57,471 nt of DNA from positions 1 to 57,471 of the forward strand of contig JALUWM010000069.1 in NCBI GenBank assembly GCA_027019465.1, read 5' to 3'. Made by a program: the position numbers and the translations under genes. The notes under the pieces are model-generated. The model was not told the DNA's origin, searched no databases, and saw nothing but the letters and a program-made list of their open reading frames with translations. The DNA comes from Campylobacterales bacterium (lineage in GTDB: Bacteria; Campylobacterota; Campylobacteria; Campylobacterales; Nautiliaceae). Of the stretch, positions 47,970-57,288 are shown one piece after another (positions within the stretch are counted from its first letter, which is position 1; each line of letters opens with the position of its first letter).

Positions 47970-50189
47970 TTAAGCTCTTAAAGCGTCTATTATTTTATTC
48001 AAACTTTCGCTTGGTCTCATATATTTTGCAACAAGTTCTTCATTTGGATGATAATATCCACCAACTTCTGCAGGTTGCCCTTCTACTGCTTTAATTTCAT
48101 TTAAGATTTTTTCTTCGTTTTCTTTAAGTTCTTTTGCCACAGATGCAAATTTATTTTCAATTTCAACATCTCCACAATTAGCAAGTTCTTCTGCCCAATA
48201 AGTAGCTAAATAATAATGAGCTCCCCTATTGTCAATTTCTCCTACTTTTCTTTTTGGAGTTTTATCATTTTCAAGATATTTTGCAACAGCTCTATTTAGT
48301 GCATCCGCAATAGTTACTATTTTTTCGCTTCCGCCTTGTTTTTTAGCTAATTTAAGAGATTCAGCAAGCGCTAAGAATTCTCCTAAAGAATCCCATCTTA
48401 AATGATTTTCTTTTAAGAATTGCTCTACATGTTTTGGAGCTGACCCACCAGCACCTGTTTCATAAAGTCCTCCACCTGCAAGTAAAGGAACTATTGATAA
48501 TGTTCTAGCACTTGTTCCAACTTCAATAATAGGGAAAAGGTCTGTTAAATAATCTCTTAAAATATTTCCTGTTACAGAAATTGTGTTTTCTCCTGACCTA
48601 AATCTTTTTACAGTATATTTCATCGCAAGTTCTGGCGCCATAATATAATATTCAACATCGCTTAAATCATATTTTGGAAGTTCTTCTAAAACTTTTTTAA
48701 TTAAATTAGCATCGTGAGCTCTGTTGCTATCAAGCCAAAATACGATTGGATATCCACTCTCTTTTGCTCTATTTACTGCTAACTTAATCCAGTCTTTTGC
48801 AGCGTCATCTTTTACTTGATAACCTCTGTAAATATCACCAGCTTTTACTTCGTGGCTCATTACTTCATTACCATCTTCATCAATGATTTTCATAAATCCG
48901 TCTTTTGGAGGGAAAAATGTTTTATCATGACTTCCGTATTCTTCTGCTTTTTTAGCCATAAGACCAACATTTTGAACAGTTCCTACTTTTGTTGGGTCAA
49001 ATTGCCCGTGTTTTACCAAATCAGCCACAACTTCTTTATACATTGTCGCATATGTTCTATCAGGTACATCAATTACACAATCTTCTGTTTTGCCATCCGG
49101 TCCCCATCCTTGAAGTCCGTTTTTAATAACAGACGGAATAGAAGCATCAACAATAACATCATTTGGTTTATGAAGATTTGTAACACCTTTATCAGAATCA
49201 ACCATATAAAGTCTTGGATTTTTAGCATAAATCTCTTTTAGAGTTTCTTTAATGGCTTCTTGTTTTTCTTTTGGAAGTCTATCAAGTTTAGCTTCTAAAT
49301 CAGATAAACCGTTATTTGGATTAAAACCTATTTCTTTTAATTCATTTTCGAATTTATCAAAAAGTTCTTTATAATAAACTCTAATAGCATCCCCAAACAT
49401 TACAGGGTCACTAACTTTCATCATTGTAGCTTTTAGATGCAAAGAAAATAAAATATCTTTTTCTTTTGCTTTTTGAATTGATTTTGCATAAAAATCTCTT
49501 AAAGCTGCCCTACTTAAGAAACTTGTGCTTAAAATTTCATTCTTTTCTAAAGGAAGTTCTTTTAAAATGTCTTTATTTCCTTCATAATCTTCAAATACAA
49601 AAGAAACTGTTTGATTTTTTGGAGAAATAAAACTTTGTTCATTTTGATAAAAATCCCCATTCTCCATATGGTCTACAAAAGATTTACAACCTTCTTTTAC
49701 ATCTCTCATTCTATGCGGATGAGCTTTTGCATAATTTTTTACAGGCTGTGCAAGTCTTCTGTCTGAATTTCCTTGTCTAAGAACAGGATTAACATTTGAA
49801 CCTATACATTTTGCATATTTAAGTCTAATTTTTTCTTCTTCTGCATTTTTTGGCTCTTCAGGATAATCTGGTAATGGATATCCTTGGCTTTGAAGTTCTT
49901 TTACCGCATTTTGAAGTTGCACAACTGAAGCTGAAATATTGGGTAATTTAATCACATTTGCTTCAAATCTATTTACAAGCTCACCAAGATATCCAAGTTC
50001 ATCACTTTGTCTTAAATTTTCAGGCAGCATATCACTAAATTCAGCAATAATTCTTCCTGCAAGAGAAATATCTCTTAATTCTATATTTACATTTGCATCT
50101 TTCGTAAATGCCTCTACTATCGGCAATAAACTAAATGTAGCAAGATATGGTGCCTCATCTATTTTTGTCCATACAATTGTCGGCTTCAT
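47970..50189 (-). CDS. icd: Monomeric NADP-dependent isocitrate dehydrogenase
   Basis: 739 aa, monomeric IDH type. AAGGAG RBS. Confidence 0.95.
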   Translation of the reverse strand: MKPTIVWTKIDEAPYLATFSLLPIVEAFTKDANVNIELRDISLAGRIIAEFSDMLPENLRQSDELGYLGELVNRFEANVIKLPNISASVVQLQNAVKELQSQGYPLPDYPEEPKNAEEEKIRLKYAKCIGSNVNPVLRQGNSDRRLAQPVKNYAKAHPHRMRDVKEGCKSFVDHMENGDFYQNEQSFISPKNQTVSFVFEDYEGNKDILKELPLEKNEILSTSFLSRAALRDFYAKSIQKAKEKDILFSLHLKATMMKVSDPVMFGDAIRVYYKELFDKFENELKEIGFNPNNGLSDLEAKLDRLPKEKQEAIKETLKEIYAKNPRLYMVDSDKGVTNLHKPNDVIVDASIPSVIKNGLQGWGPDGKTEDCVIDVPDRTYATMYKEVVADLVKHGQFDPTKVGTVQNVGLMAKKAEEYGSHDKTFFPPKDGFMKIIDEDGNEVMSHEVKAGDIYRGYQVKDDAAKDWIKLAVNRAKESGYPIVFWLDSNRAHDANLIKKVLEELPKYDLSDVEYYIMAPELAMKYTVKRFRSGENTISVTGNILRDYLTDLFPIIEVGTSARTLSIVPLLAGGGLYETGAGGSAPKHVEQFLKENHLRWDSLGEFLALAESLKLAKKQGGSEKIVTIADALNRAVAKYLENDKTPKRKVGEIDNRGAHYYLATYWAEELANCGDVEIENKFASVAKELKENEEKILNEIKAVEGQPAEVGGYYHPNEELVAKYMRPSESLNKIIDALRA

Positions 50190-50210
50190 ATATTCTCCTT
50201 TTTTTTCTAA

Positions 50211-50219
50211 ATTTTATCA
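50211..50219 (-). promoter_or_regulatory. Extended -10 element (TGaTAAAAT on the minus strand) for icd
   Basis: Reverse complement of ATTTTATCA, about 22 nt upstream of the icd ATG. Confidence 0.35.
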
Positions 50220-50225
50220 CCTTTT

Positions 50226-50276
50226 TAACAATTTGTAACAATTTTATGATTTCACTATTTTTCTTTGTTACAAAAA
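50226..50276. promoter_or_regulatory. GTAACA-motif cluster upstream of icd: tandem TAACAATTT x2 plus a perfect 10-bp inverted repeat
   Basis: TTTGTAACAA (50232-50241) and TTGTTACAAA (50265-50274) are exact reverse complements separated by 23 nt. TAACAATTT occurs at 50226 and 50236. Confidence 0.4.
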
Positions 50277-50288
50277 GTAGCAAAAATT

Positions 50289-51215
50289 TTATTTACATCT
50301 TTTAATATTTCTAAGATGTGCTTTATAATTAGTTGAAAAAACTGTTCTTTTTCCACATTTAAGAAAATATAAATAATTAACTTTTGCAGGAAATATAGCC
50401 GCCAATAAAGCGTTTTTACTTACTACACATACAGGATTTAACGGAAGACCGTAATGTTTATATGTGTTGTATAGACTGTTATCTCTTCTTATTCTTTCTG
50501 CACTTACTGGAATATGAGAATACCTACCATAATTTAAACTTCCATCCATTTGAAGTTTCATATGTTTTTTAAGCCTATTATAAATTACGGCTGAAATATA
50601 TTTCATTGATTTAATATTTGCTGCTTCTTTTTGAATAATTGAAGCAATAATAAGATATTTTTTATAAATGTTATAATTCCAAACACCAAAAATTTTTTTA
50701 GCGAAACTTTGATGCCATTTTAAAGATTTATTATATAAATATTTACAAACATTTTTTCTTCTCATACCTATTGGAAGTCTATAAGTATTTGGTTTTATAA
50801 AGCCTTCATCAAAATTACAATAAAAATTATTTATTTTTAATCTTTTAGCAATATTTTTATAAATAAAATAATTAGTTTCTCCCGGGACTATTGTAATATT
50901 TTTTAAAGCTGCTTTATTATGGGTAAGCCTATATAAAAAATCGGCTTTAGTCATAATATTACCTTTTAAATCAACCCATCCCGCTTGAGGATAACCTAAA
51001 AAGAGTATAAAAATTTTATCCATTTTTGAAATATCAAGATTGTTTTTTTGCAATATTTTTATTGTATAATTTGTATTACCTTTTGGAATAAACAAAATTC
51101 TAGGGGTATAAACTGTTCTTGTAAGATAAAAAAGGATAAAAATGGATAATACCAGGAAGACCTCTATTGCTGCTATAATATTTAGTATAATATTTTTTTT
51201 ATTTGTAATTTTCAT
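50289..51215 (-). CDS. mltG: Endolytic murein transglycosylase MltG (YceG-like)
   Basis: N-terminal TM helix plus the YceG pattern (IIQKEA, LQMDGSLNYG, YNTYKHYGLP). ATG 51215 gives a family-typical N-terminus. The ORF-track start at 51317 is a TTG. Confidence 0.85.
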   Translation of the reverse strand: MKITNKKNIILNIIAAIEVFLVLSIFILFYLTRTVYTPRILFIPKGNTNYTIKILQKNNLDISKMDKIFILFLGYPQAGWVDLKGNIMTKADFLYRLTHNKAALKNITIVPGETNYFIYKNIAKRLKINNFYCNFDEGFIKPNTYRLPIGMRRKNVCKYLYNKSLKWHQSFAKKIFGVWNYNIYKKYLIIASIIQKEAANIKSMKYISAVIYNRLKKHMKLQMDGSLNYGRYSHIPVSAERIRRDNSLYNTYKHYGLPLNPVCVVSKNALLAAIFPAKVNYLYFLKCGKRTVFSTNYKAHLRNIKRCK

Positions 51216-54018
51216 ATCTCTCTTTCGTGGAATTACTTTGTATGATATTAAATCAAATAATTTACAAATAGGAAAGATATTTATTAAAATAAATAAAAAA
51301 ATTATTTTAAAAATCAATAAAATTCATATAATACCTTCAAAAGATTATAATAAAGAAGTAATAAAAATACACAAAACTTTTTATTTAGTTTCAAAAATAT
51401 TACCTTTTTTTAAAAAATTAGAATTAAATGATATCTATAAAAACAATATTTTATTAATAAAAAAACTTAATTTAAATAAAAACCACTTTAATATAATTAC
51501 TCCTTTTTTTAAAACAAAAGGAATCTATATTATAAAAAACAACAACACTTTTATATATAGTAAAGAAATTTCGTGTTTAAATTATAAAATAAAAAATTTT
51601 TCTTTTAAATCCTATTTAACTAAAAAACAGATTAAAGCCCACCTTAACGGTTTATTTAATAATAAAAAATTTTATGCCAATTTAAACTTATCTAATAATA
51701 AAATAAATTTTAAAGGAAATATAAATGAACTTTTATTGTCATTAAAAAAAACAGATATAAAAGGAAATAATATTAAAATAAAAGGTTTTATCGATATCGA
51801 TTCTAAAAAAATAAATTTAAATTTATTCTCTCCTTTTATAAACATAAAAAATAAAATCTTTTTAATCAATTCATTTAATAATCAAATAAATTTAACAAAT
51901 AATTATATTTTATTAAAAGCTAAAAAAGCTTACATGAATTACGATTCTAAAAAATTTTACCTGAAAAAGTATAACTTAAATTTTTATATTCCACAAAAAT
52001 TTCTTTTAGCTCATGCAAAACAAACAAAAATAAAGTATAAAAACTACATTCTAACCTCTCAAAATACAGAATTTGACTATAACTTAATAAATCAAAATAT
52101 TTTTTTACATACTAATAATTTAAGACTTAACAATGATATAAATGCAAGCATAAAAGAAGTTTTATTTATTAAAAATAAAAATTTATATTATGAATTGATT
52201 AACGATAAACTAATCCATAAATATTTTAATTTAAAAACGAATTATATTAATGGCAATTTAAAAAATATATCTACTGCGGATATAATTGGAAAAGTATTAA
52301 TTTTTGATGTTTTTGCAAAATCTTTAAAAATAGATTTAAAACAAAAAAAAGCTATAAGCAAACAAATATTATTTAACAAAATTCTATTTACAAAAAATAA
52401 ATTTAATTTTTCAAAAAAACCTTTTAAATTTTCATCTCATACAAATACACTTTTTAATCAAAATGTAAAAAATATTTTAGATTATTTTCATATTAATATC
52501 CCTTTTATCCAAACAAAAGGAGAGAATAATATAAATTTTAGTGTAAATACCGATTTAAATAAAACAAATGTAAATTATCAAATAATTTCAAAAGATGCAA
52601 ATTTTTCAATCAATTCTAAAAATAAATTTTCTTATAAAAATATGAAAATAAATGGAGATTTAAATAAAAGTTCTCTTATTGTAAATAATTTTAAATTTAA
52701 AAATAATTTTATAAACTTTCTTGCAAATGGAAATTTAAATGTAAATCTAAATAAAAAATATTTTAACGCCTTTATTAACATTAAATATCTAAAAATAGGT
52801 GATTATCTTAATATCAAAAATTATCCCGAAAAAATAGTTGTTGATTTAGTAAAAAATTATGCTTATCTTTTAAATAGTTTCATATTTATAAATATAAAAC
52901 AAAAAATCATTTATTTATACTCTCTAAAATCTTTATTAAAATATAGTATACTTAATGAGATTTTCAAAAAAGGTACCGTTATAATTAAACTTTTAAAAAA
53001 CAAAATAGACATATCTGCAAAAACTGTTTTAAATTATCCTTTTATATTAAACCAAAAAAATCCAAATGCTTTGAATGCAAATATAATTTTAAAAAACAAT
53101 AATATTTTAATACAAAACAAATTTATAAATACAAAAATAATGAACTTTAAAAAGATCATATCATATATTCATAATATTGATATAAATATTCAAGGATTAA
53201 TAAACATTATAAATACTACAAATAAATTAGCTCAAAAACAAGAAAAATCAAACCAAAATCTTAAAGTTGTCATAATAAGTAAAAACACTAATTTTGTTTA
53301 TAAAGGTCACAAATTTTTAACAAAGCAAGCAACACTTACATTTAATAAAGAACTTAATTTTAATGCAAGCTATAAAAAAAGTTATTTGAAAGGATATACA
53401 AAAAACAAATATTTGCTTATAGAAGGTAAAAATTATACAAAAGAAGCATTAGTTCCTCTTTTTGATTTTTTTAATAATTTTAATAATATAAATTTAGATT
53501 TTATTATTGTTAAATCCCCCGATAATTTTTACACAGGAAAAATTTATATCAATAAAGGAACTGTAAAAGACTTAGCTGCATTAAATAATATAATAGCTTT
53601 TATCAATACAATACCTGCACTTTTATCTTTAAAAACGCCAGGTTTTTCTGCTAAAGGATATAAAATCAAAAATGGTTTTATAAATTTTCTTTTTTATAAT
53701 AATATTCTCTATTTCAAACAAATAAAAATAAAAGGGGTAAATATCAATTTTAATGCAAAAGGATATATAAATTTAAATAAAAAATTAATAAGATTAAAAA
53801 TTCATACAATACTAAAAATAAAATTAAAAAATATACCAATCATAGGTAAAGCACTTAGTTATCTCTTTTTTGGAAAAAATGGATATTTACACATCAATAT
53901 ATTGGTAAATGGGAATCTAAACAATCCAAAAGTTTCAAAAGATTTAGGAGGTGGAATTATAGAATCACCTCTTAAACTTTTTAAAAGAATACTAACACTT
54001 CCTTTTCATATTTTCTAA
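51142..54018 (+). CDS. AsmA/YhdP-like large envelope protein
   Basis: 958 aa. N-terminal TM helix, a long Asn/Lys/Ile-rich beta-type repeat region, and a C-terminal motif typical of AsmA-family proteins (VNGNLNNPKVS). AAAGGA RBS 5 nt before the ATG. Confidence 0.65.
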   Translation: MDNTRKTSIAAIIFSIIFFLFVIFISLFRGITLYDIKSNNLQIGKIFIKINKKIILKINKIHIIPSKDYNKEVIKIHKTFYLVSKILPFFKKLELNDIYKNNILLIKKLNLNKNHFNIITPFFKTKGIYIIKNNNTFIYSKEISCLNYKIKNFSFKSYLTKKQIKAHLNGLFNNKKFYANLNLSNNKINFKGNINELLLSLKKTDIKGNNIKIKGFIDIDSKKINLNLFSPFINIKNKIFLINSFNNQINLTNNYILLKAKKAYMNYDSKKFYLKKYNLNFYIPQKFLLAHAKQTKIKYKNYILTSQNTEFDYNLINQNIFLHTNNLRLNNDINASIKEVLFIKNKNLYYELINDKLIHKYFNLKTNYINGNLKNISTADIIGKVLIFDVFAKSLKIDLKQKKAISKQILFNKILFTKNKFNFSKKPFKFSSHTNTLFNQNVKNILDYFHINIPFIQTKGENNINFSVNTDLNKTNVNYQIISKDANFSINSKNKFSYKNMKINGDLNKSSLIVNNFKFKNNFINFLANGNLNVNLNKKYFNAFINIKYLKIGDYLNIKNYPEKIVVDLVKNYAYLLNSFIFINIKQKIIYLYSLKSLLKYSILNEIFKKGTVIIKLLKNKIDISAKTVLNYPFILNQKNPNALNANIILKNNNILIQNKFINTKIMNFKKIISYIHNIDINIQGLINIINTTNKLAQKQEKSNQNLKVVIISKNTNFVYKGHKFLTKQATLTFNKELNFNASYKKSYLKGYTKNKYLLIEGKNYTKEALVPLFDFFNNFNNINLDFIIVKSPDNFYTGKIYINKGTVKDLAALNNIIAFINTIPALLSLKTPGFSAKGYKIKNGFINFLFYNNILYFKQIKIKGVNINFNAKGYINLNKKLIRLKIHTILKIKLKNIPIIGKALSYLFFGKNGYLHINILVNGNLNNPKVSKDLGGGIIESPLKLFKRILTLPFHIF

Positions 54019-54383
54019 TTTTTTTCATTTTCTTCAACTAAAATAAGTTGGTAATTGGCTTTTCTTATAATAACGCTTCTATTTCTTGGGATCAATCCTT
54101 GTTGCTTTTTCATTTTATCTATTTCTTTTTGCAAATTCTCTATTTCTTTTTTTAATTGAAGGACTATTTCAACTCCTGCTAAATTTACTCCTAAATCTCT
54201 CACTAATGAAAGGATTAATTTTAATTCATCTATATTTCTTTGAGAATAAAGTCTCATTCTTCCTTCAGTTCTGCTTGGCTTAATGAGCCCTTCTTTTTCA
54301 TATTGTCTTAATGTTTGCGGATGAATATTTAATATTTTACTAACAACACTAATTAAATATACCGGTTCATCATAACTATACAT
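54015..54383 (-). CDS. hspR: MerR-family heat-shock repressor HspR
   Basis: MerR HTH (ISVVSKILNIHPQTLRQYEKEGL), located directly downstream of cbpA. Confidence 0.85.
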   Translation of the reverse strand: MYSYDEPVYLISVVSKILNIHPQTLRQYEKEGLIKPSRTEGRMRLYSQRNIDELKLILSLVRDLGVNLAGVEIVLQLKKEIENLQKEIDKMKKQQGLIPRNRSVIIRKANYQLILVEENEKN

Positions 54384-54395
54384 TTTTCACCTCCT

Positions 54396-55247
54396 TTACC
54401 CAGGTAATTTTTCCTGCATCATTTTTACTAAATCTTCATCCAAGTCTTCAACTTTAGGCAAAATTGGTCTAAGTTCCAAATAAAGATTTCCACCTTTTGC
54501 TCCATATCCTTTAACTCTTAGTTTTTGACAACATTTTGAATTTTTAGGAACTTTTACATTTATATTGCCTTTAAATGTGTCAACTCCTATTTTACCTCCA
54601 AATATCATCGTTTTTAAAGGGACATCGACTTTTTTATATAGATCATCACCTTTTCTTTCCCACTCATTAGAAGGCATAACTTCAACTTCTAAAATCAAAT
54701 CACCTCTTTGTCCTTGAAATGATTTTCCTTTATTTCTAACTCTTAATTTTTGGCCGTTTTTAATACCTTCTGGAATTTTAACTTTGATACTTTCCCCATT
54801 ATAATTAATAGGAAAAACTCCACCTTTTACAGCAACATCAAAAGGCACTTGGATTTTAGCATGAACATCTAAATCAGGGGCAAATCCTCCCCCTCCAAAT
54901 CCACCAAATCCACCAAAACCTTCAAATCCACTGCTTCTAGTTCCAAATCCTCCACCAAAAATAGAAGATAAAATATCATCTAAATCAACATCTTTATGCT
55001 GACGGTAAAAATCTTGGAAATTTTGACCGTTAAACATATTATCGCCCATTGTATCATACTGTTTTCTTTTTTCAGCATCCCCTAAAATTTCATAAGCAGT
55101 ATTTATTTCTTTGAATTTTTCTTCACATTCAGGTTTTTTACAAATATCTGGATGATATTTTCTAGCTAATTTTCTATAAGCTTTTTTTATTTCATCCTGA
55201 GTTGCATTTTCATTAACACCTAATGTTTCATACAAACTTTTACTCAT
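54396..55247 (-). CDS. cbpA: DnaJ-like co-chaperone / curved-DNA-binding protein CbpA
   Basis: J-domain with HPD (KYHPDI), a G/F-rich linker, and no zinc-finger domain. Confidence 0.88.
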   Translation of the reverse strand: MSKSLYETLGVNENATQDEIKKAYRKLARKYHPDICKKPECEEKFKEINTAYEILGDAEKRKQYDTMGDNMFNGQNFQDFYRQHKDVDLDDILSSIFGGGFGTRSSGFEGFGGFGGFGGGGFAPDLDVHAKIQVPFDVAVKGGVFPINYNGESIKVKIPEGIKNGQKLRVRNKGKSFQGQRGDLILEVEVMPSNEWERKGDDLYKKVDVPLKTMIFGGKIGVDTFKGNINVKVPKNSKCCQKLRVKGYGAKGGNLYLELRPILPKVEDLDEDLVKMMQEKLPG

Positions 55248-55297
55248 TTTTACTCCTTACACTACACCTTATTTTATTGATAAAATTATATAGCAAA

Positions 55298-55318
55298 ATT
55301 GAGTAAAAGTCAATCAAA
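55298..55318. promoter_or_regulatory. HAIR-like (HspR-associated inverted repeat) operator candidate upstream of cbpA
   Basis: ATTGAGT-N7-AATCAAA compared with the consensus CTTGAGT-N7-ACTCAAG (6/7 and 5/7). It lies just upstream of a minus-strand TATAAT at 55285-55290. Confidence 0.45.
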
Positions 55319-55359
55319 TAGTTTTATTGAAAAAAGATTAAAAATAGTTATAAAAAAGA

Positions 55360-56721
55360 TTAAAGAAATTTTTTAAGAATATTTTGGAATTTTTCTTTAA
55401 TCTCTTCTAAAGCTTCTTTACTTTTTGCTTCAAATCTAGTAACAAGTACAGGTGTAGTATTACTAGCTCTAACTAATCCCCAACCTTTTTCAAAAATAAC
55501 TCTAACTCCATCAACATCAATAATTTTTTTTATATTTAGTCTATTTTTATTTTCATTTAAATAATCTTTAAGTTCATCTATAATTTTAAATTTTTTATTT
55601 TCTGTGGTTCTTATTTTTAGTTCATCTGTATTATATACTTTTGGCAGTTTTTCAAATTCTTTTATAAAATCAAAATCTCTATCAATAAGTTCCATTATTC
55701 TAAATGTTACATAAACAGCATCATCAATTCCAAAATATCTGTCATTAAAAAAAATATGACCACTAACCTCAGCAGCTAAATCACAATTTTCTTTTTTAAG
55801 TAGAGTTTTTAAATTACTGTGCCCTGTTTTATACATAATGGCACGACCGAATTTATTAATTTCATCATACATAACCTGAGTTGCTTTTACTTCACTTATT
55901 ACACAAGGGTTTTTCATATTTTTTGCAAAAAAATAAGCTAAAATATCTCCTTTATAATTATAATGTTTATCTAAAAATGCAATTCTATCGGCATCTCCGT
56001 CATAAGCAAACGCATAATCTCTTTTTACAAGAGATTCTTTTACCCATTTTAAATTCTCTTCTTCTGTTGGGTCTGGATGATGATTAGGAAAAGTTCCATC
56101 CGGTTTTTCAAACAGAATTTCATAATTTTTAATTCCTATTTTTTCTAAAATATCTCTAAGCACTACTCCCGCAACACCATTACCACAATCAAATATTCCA
56201 TTTAATTCCAATCCTTTTAAATGAGAAAACTGATTAGCAATATAATCTATATAGTCACTTTTTAAATCATATTCAATAACTTTTTCATTATCTTCAATTT
56301 CAATAGTACTCTTTAAGATTTCATCTCCTAAATTATAAATATCTTTTCCAAAAAAAGGAATTTTATCAACAGTAATTTTAAATCCATTATACTCAGGTGG
56401 ATTATGTGAGCCAGTAATCTGGATACTTCCACCTATTTCAATTTTTCCAATTCCATCTAAACATATTGGTCTAAAATTTGCAAAATAATTCGTTCCTGTA
56501 GGCAACATTCCTCCACTTATAACTTTTTTTCCAGCTTTATTTAAACCACTAACAAGCCAATTATGAAGAATCGGAGAGTGAGTTCTTGCATCGTAACTTA
56601 CAAAAACATAATCTTCTTTTATCTCTTTTCCTAAAAAATATCCTATTTTTTTAACAATATCTACGTTTAAATCTTTTTTATAAATTCCTCTAATATCATA
56701 TTCTCTAAATATATGTTTCAT
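55360..56721 (-). CDS. Phosphomannomutase/phosphoglucomutase
   Basis: Active-site TGSHNP, metal site DGDADR, 453 aa. Confidence 0.92.
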   Translation of the reverse strand: MKHIFREYDIRGIYKKDLNVDIVKKIGYFLGKEIKEDYVFVSYDARTHSPILHNWLVSGLNKAGKKVISGGMLPTGTNYFANFRPICLDGIGKIEIGGSIQITGSHNPPEYNGFKITVDKIPFFGKDIYNLGDEILKSTIEIEDNEKVIEYDLKSDYIDYIANQFSHLKGLELNGIFDCGNGVAGVVLRDILEKIGIKNYEILFEKPDGTFPNHHPDPTEEENLKWVKESLVKRDYAFAYDGDADRIAFLDKHYNYKGDILAYFFAKNMKNPCVISEVKATQVMYDEINKFGRAIMYKTGHSNLKTLLKKENCDLAAEVSGHIFFNDRYFGIDDAVYVTFRIMELIDRDFDFIKEFEKLPKVYNTDELKIRTTENKKFKIIDELKDYLNENKNRLNIKKIIDVDGVRVIFEKGWGLVRASNTTPVLVTRFEAKSKEALEEIKEKFQNILKKFL

Positions 56722-56724
56722 TTT

Positions 56725-57288
56725 TCATCCTTTATATTGATATTTAAGCCACCATAAAAGTGCAAGTTTAGCCCCCGGTGTTAATACTATACTTTCATCA
56801 AAAATAAATTTTTCGACTTCACTAGATTTAAGCTCAATTACTTCAATGTCTTCATCTTCAAGTCCGCCGCCTTCATTTACTTTATCTTTCTGAGTTACCT
56901 CCACATAAAAAACTTCCTGCTGTGCGGCATTTGTCCCAACACTAGCCCAAGTTGAAGTTATCTTTTTAAGTCTAGAAGCTTCAACATCATAACCACACTC
57001 TTCTAAAACTTCTTCTTTTGCTATTTCAATATTGCATTTATCTTTATCACAAAGCCCTGCACAAAGCTCATATGTAAAACCATCTCTATTTTTAAGATAA
57101 ACAGGAAGTCTAAATTGTTTAACTAAAATAATTGCGTCTAAATCCACATCATAAATCAAAATAGAGACGCTATTCATAGAAGAGCATACTTCCCAGCGTT
57201 TATGTTTATTTTTATATTTATAAAAAACCTCTTTAAGTTCTAAAAATTTACCTTTACATAAAGTATTTATTTTTTCAATTTTAATCAT
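56725..57288 (-). CDS. Nudix hydrolase, ADP-ribose pyrophosphatase-like
   Basis: Nudix box AGLCDKDKCNIEIAKEEVLEECGY. Start set to ATG 57288, which overlaps the stop of the upstream gene (GATGATTAA). Confidence 0.82.
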   Translation of the reverse strand: MIKIEKINTLCKGKFLELKEVFYKYKNKHKRWEVCSSMNSVSILIYDVDLDAIILVKQFRLPVYLKNRDGFTYELCAGLCDKDKCNIEIAKEEVLEECGYDVEASRLKKITSTWASVGTNAAQQEVFYVEVTQKDKVNEGGGLEDEDIEVIELKSSEVEKFIFDESIVLTPGAKLALLWWLKYQYKG

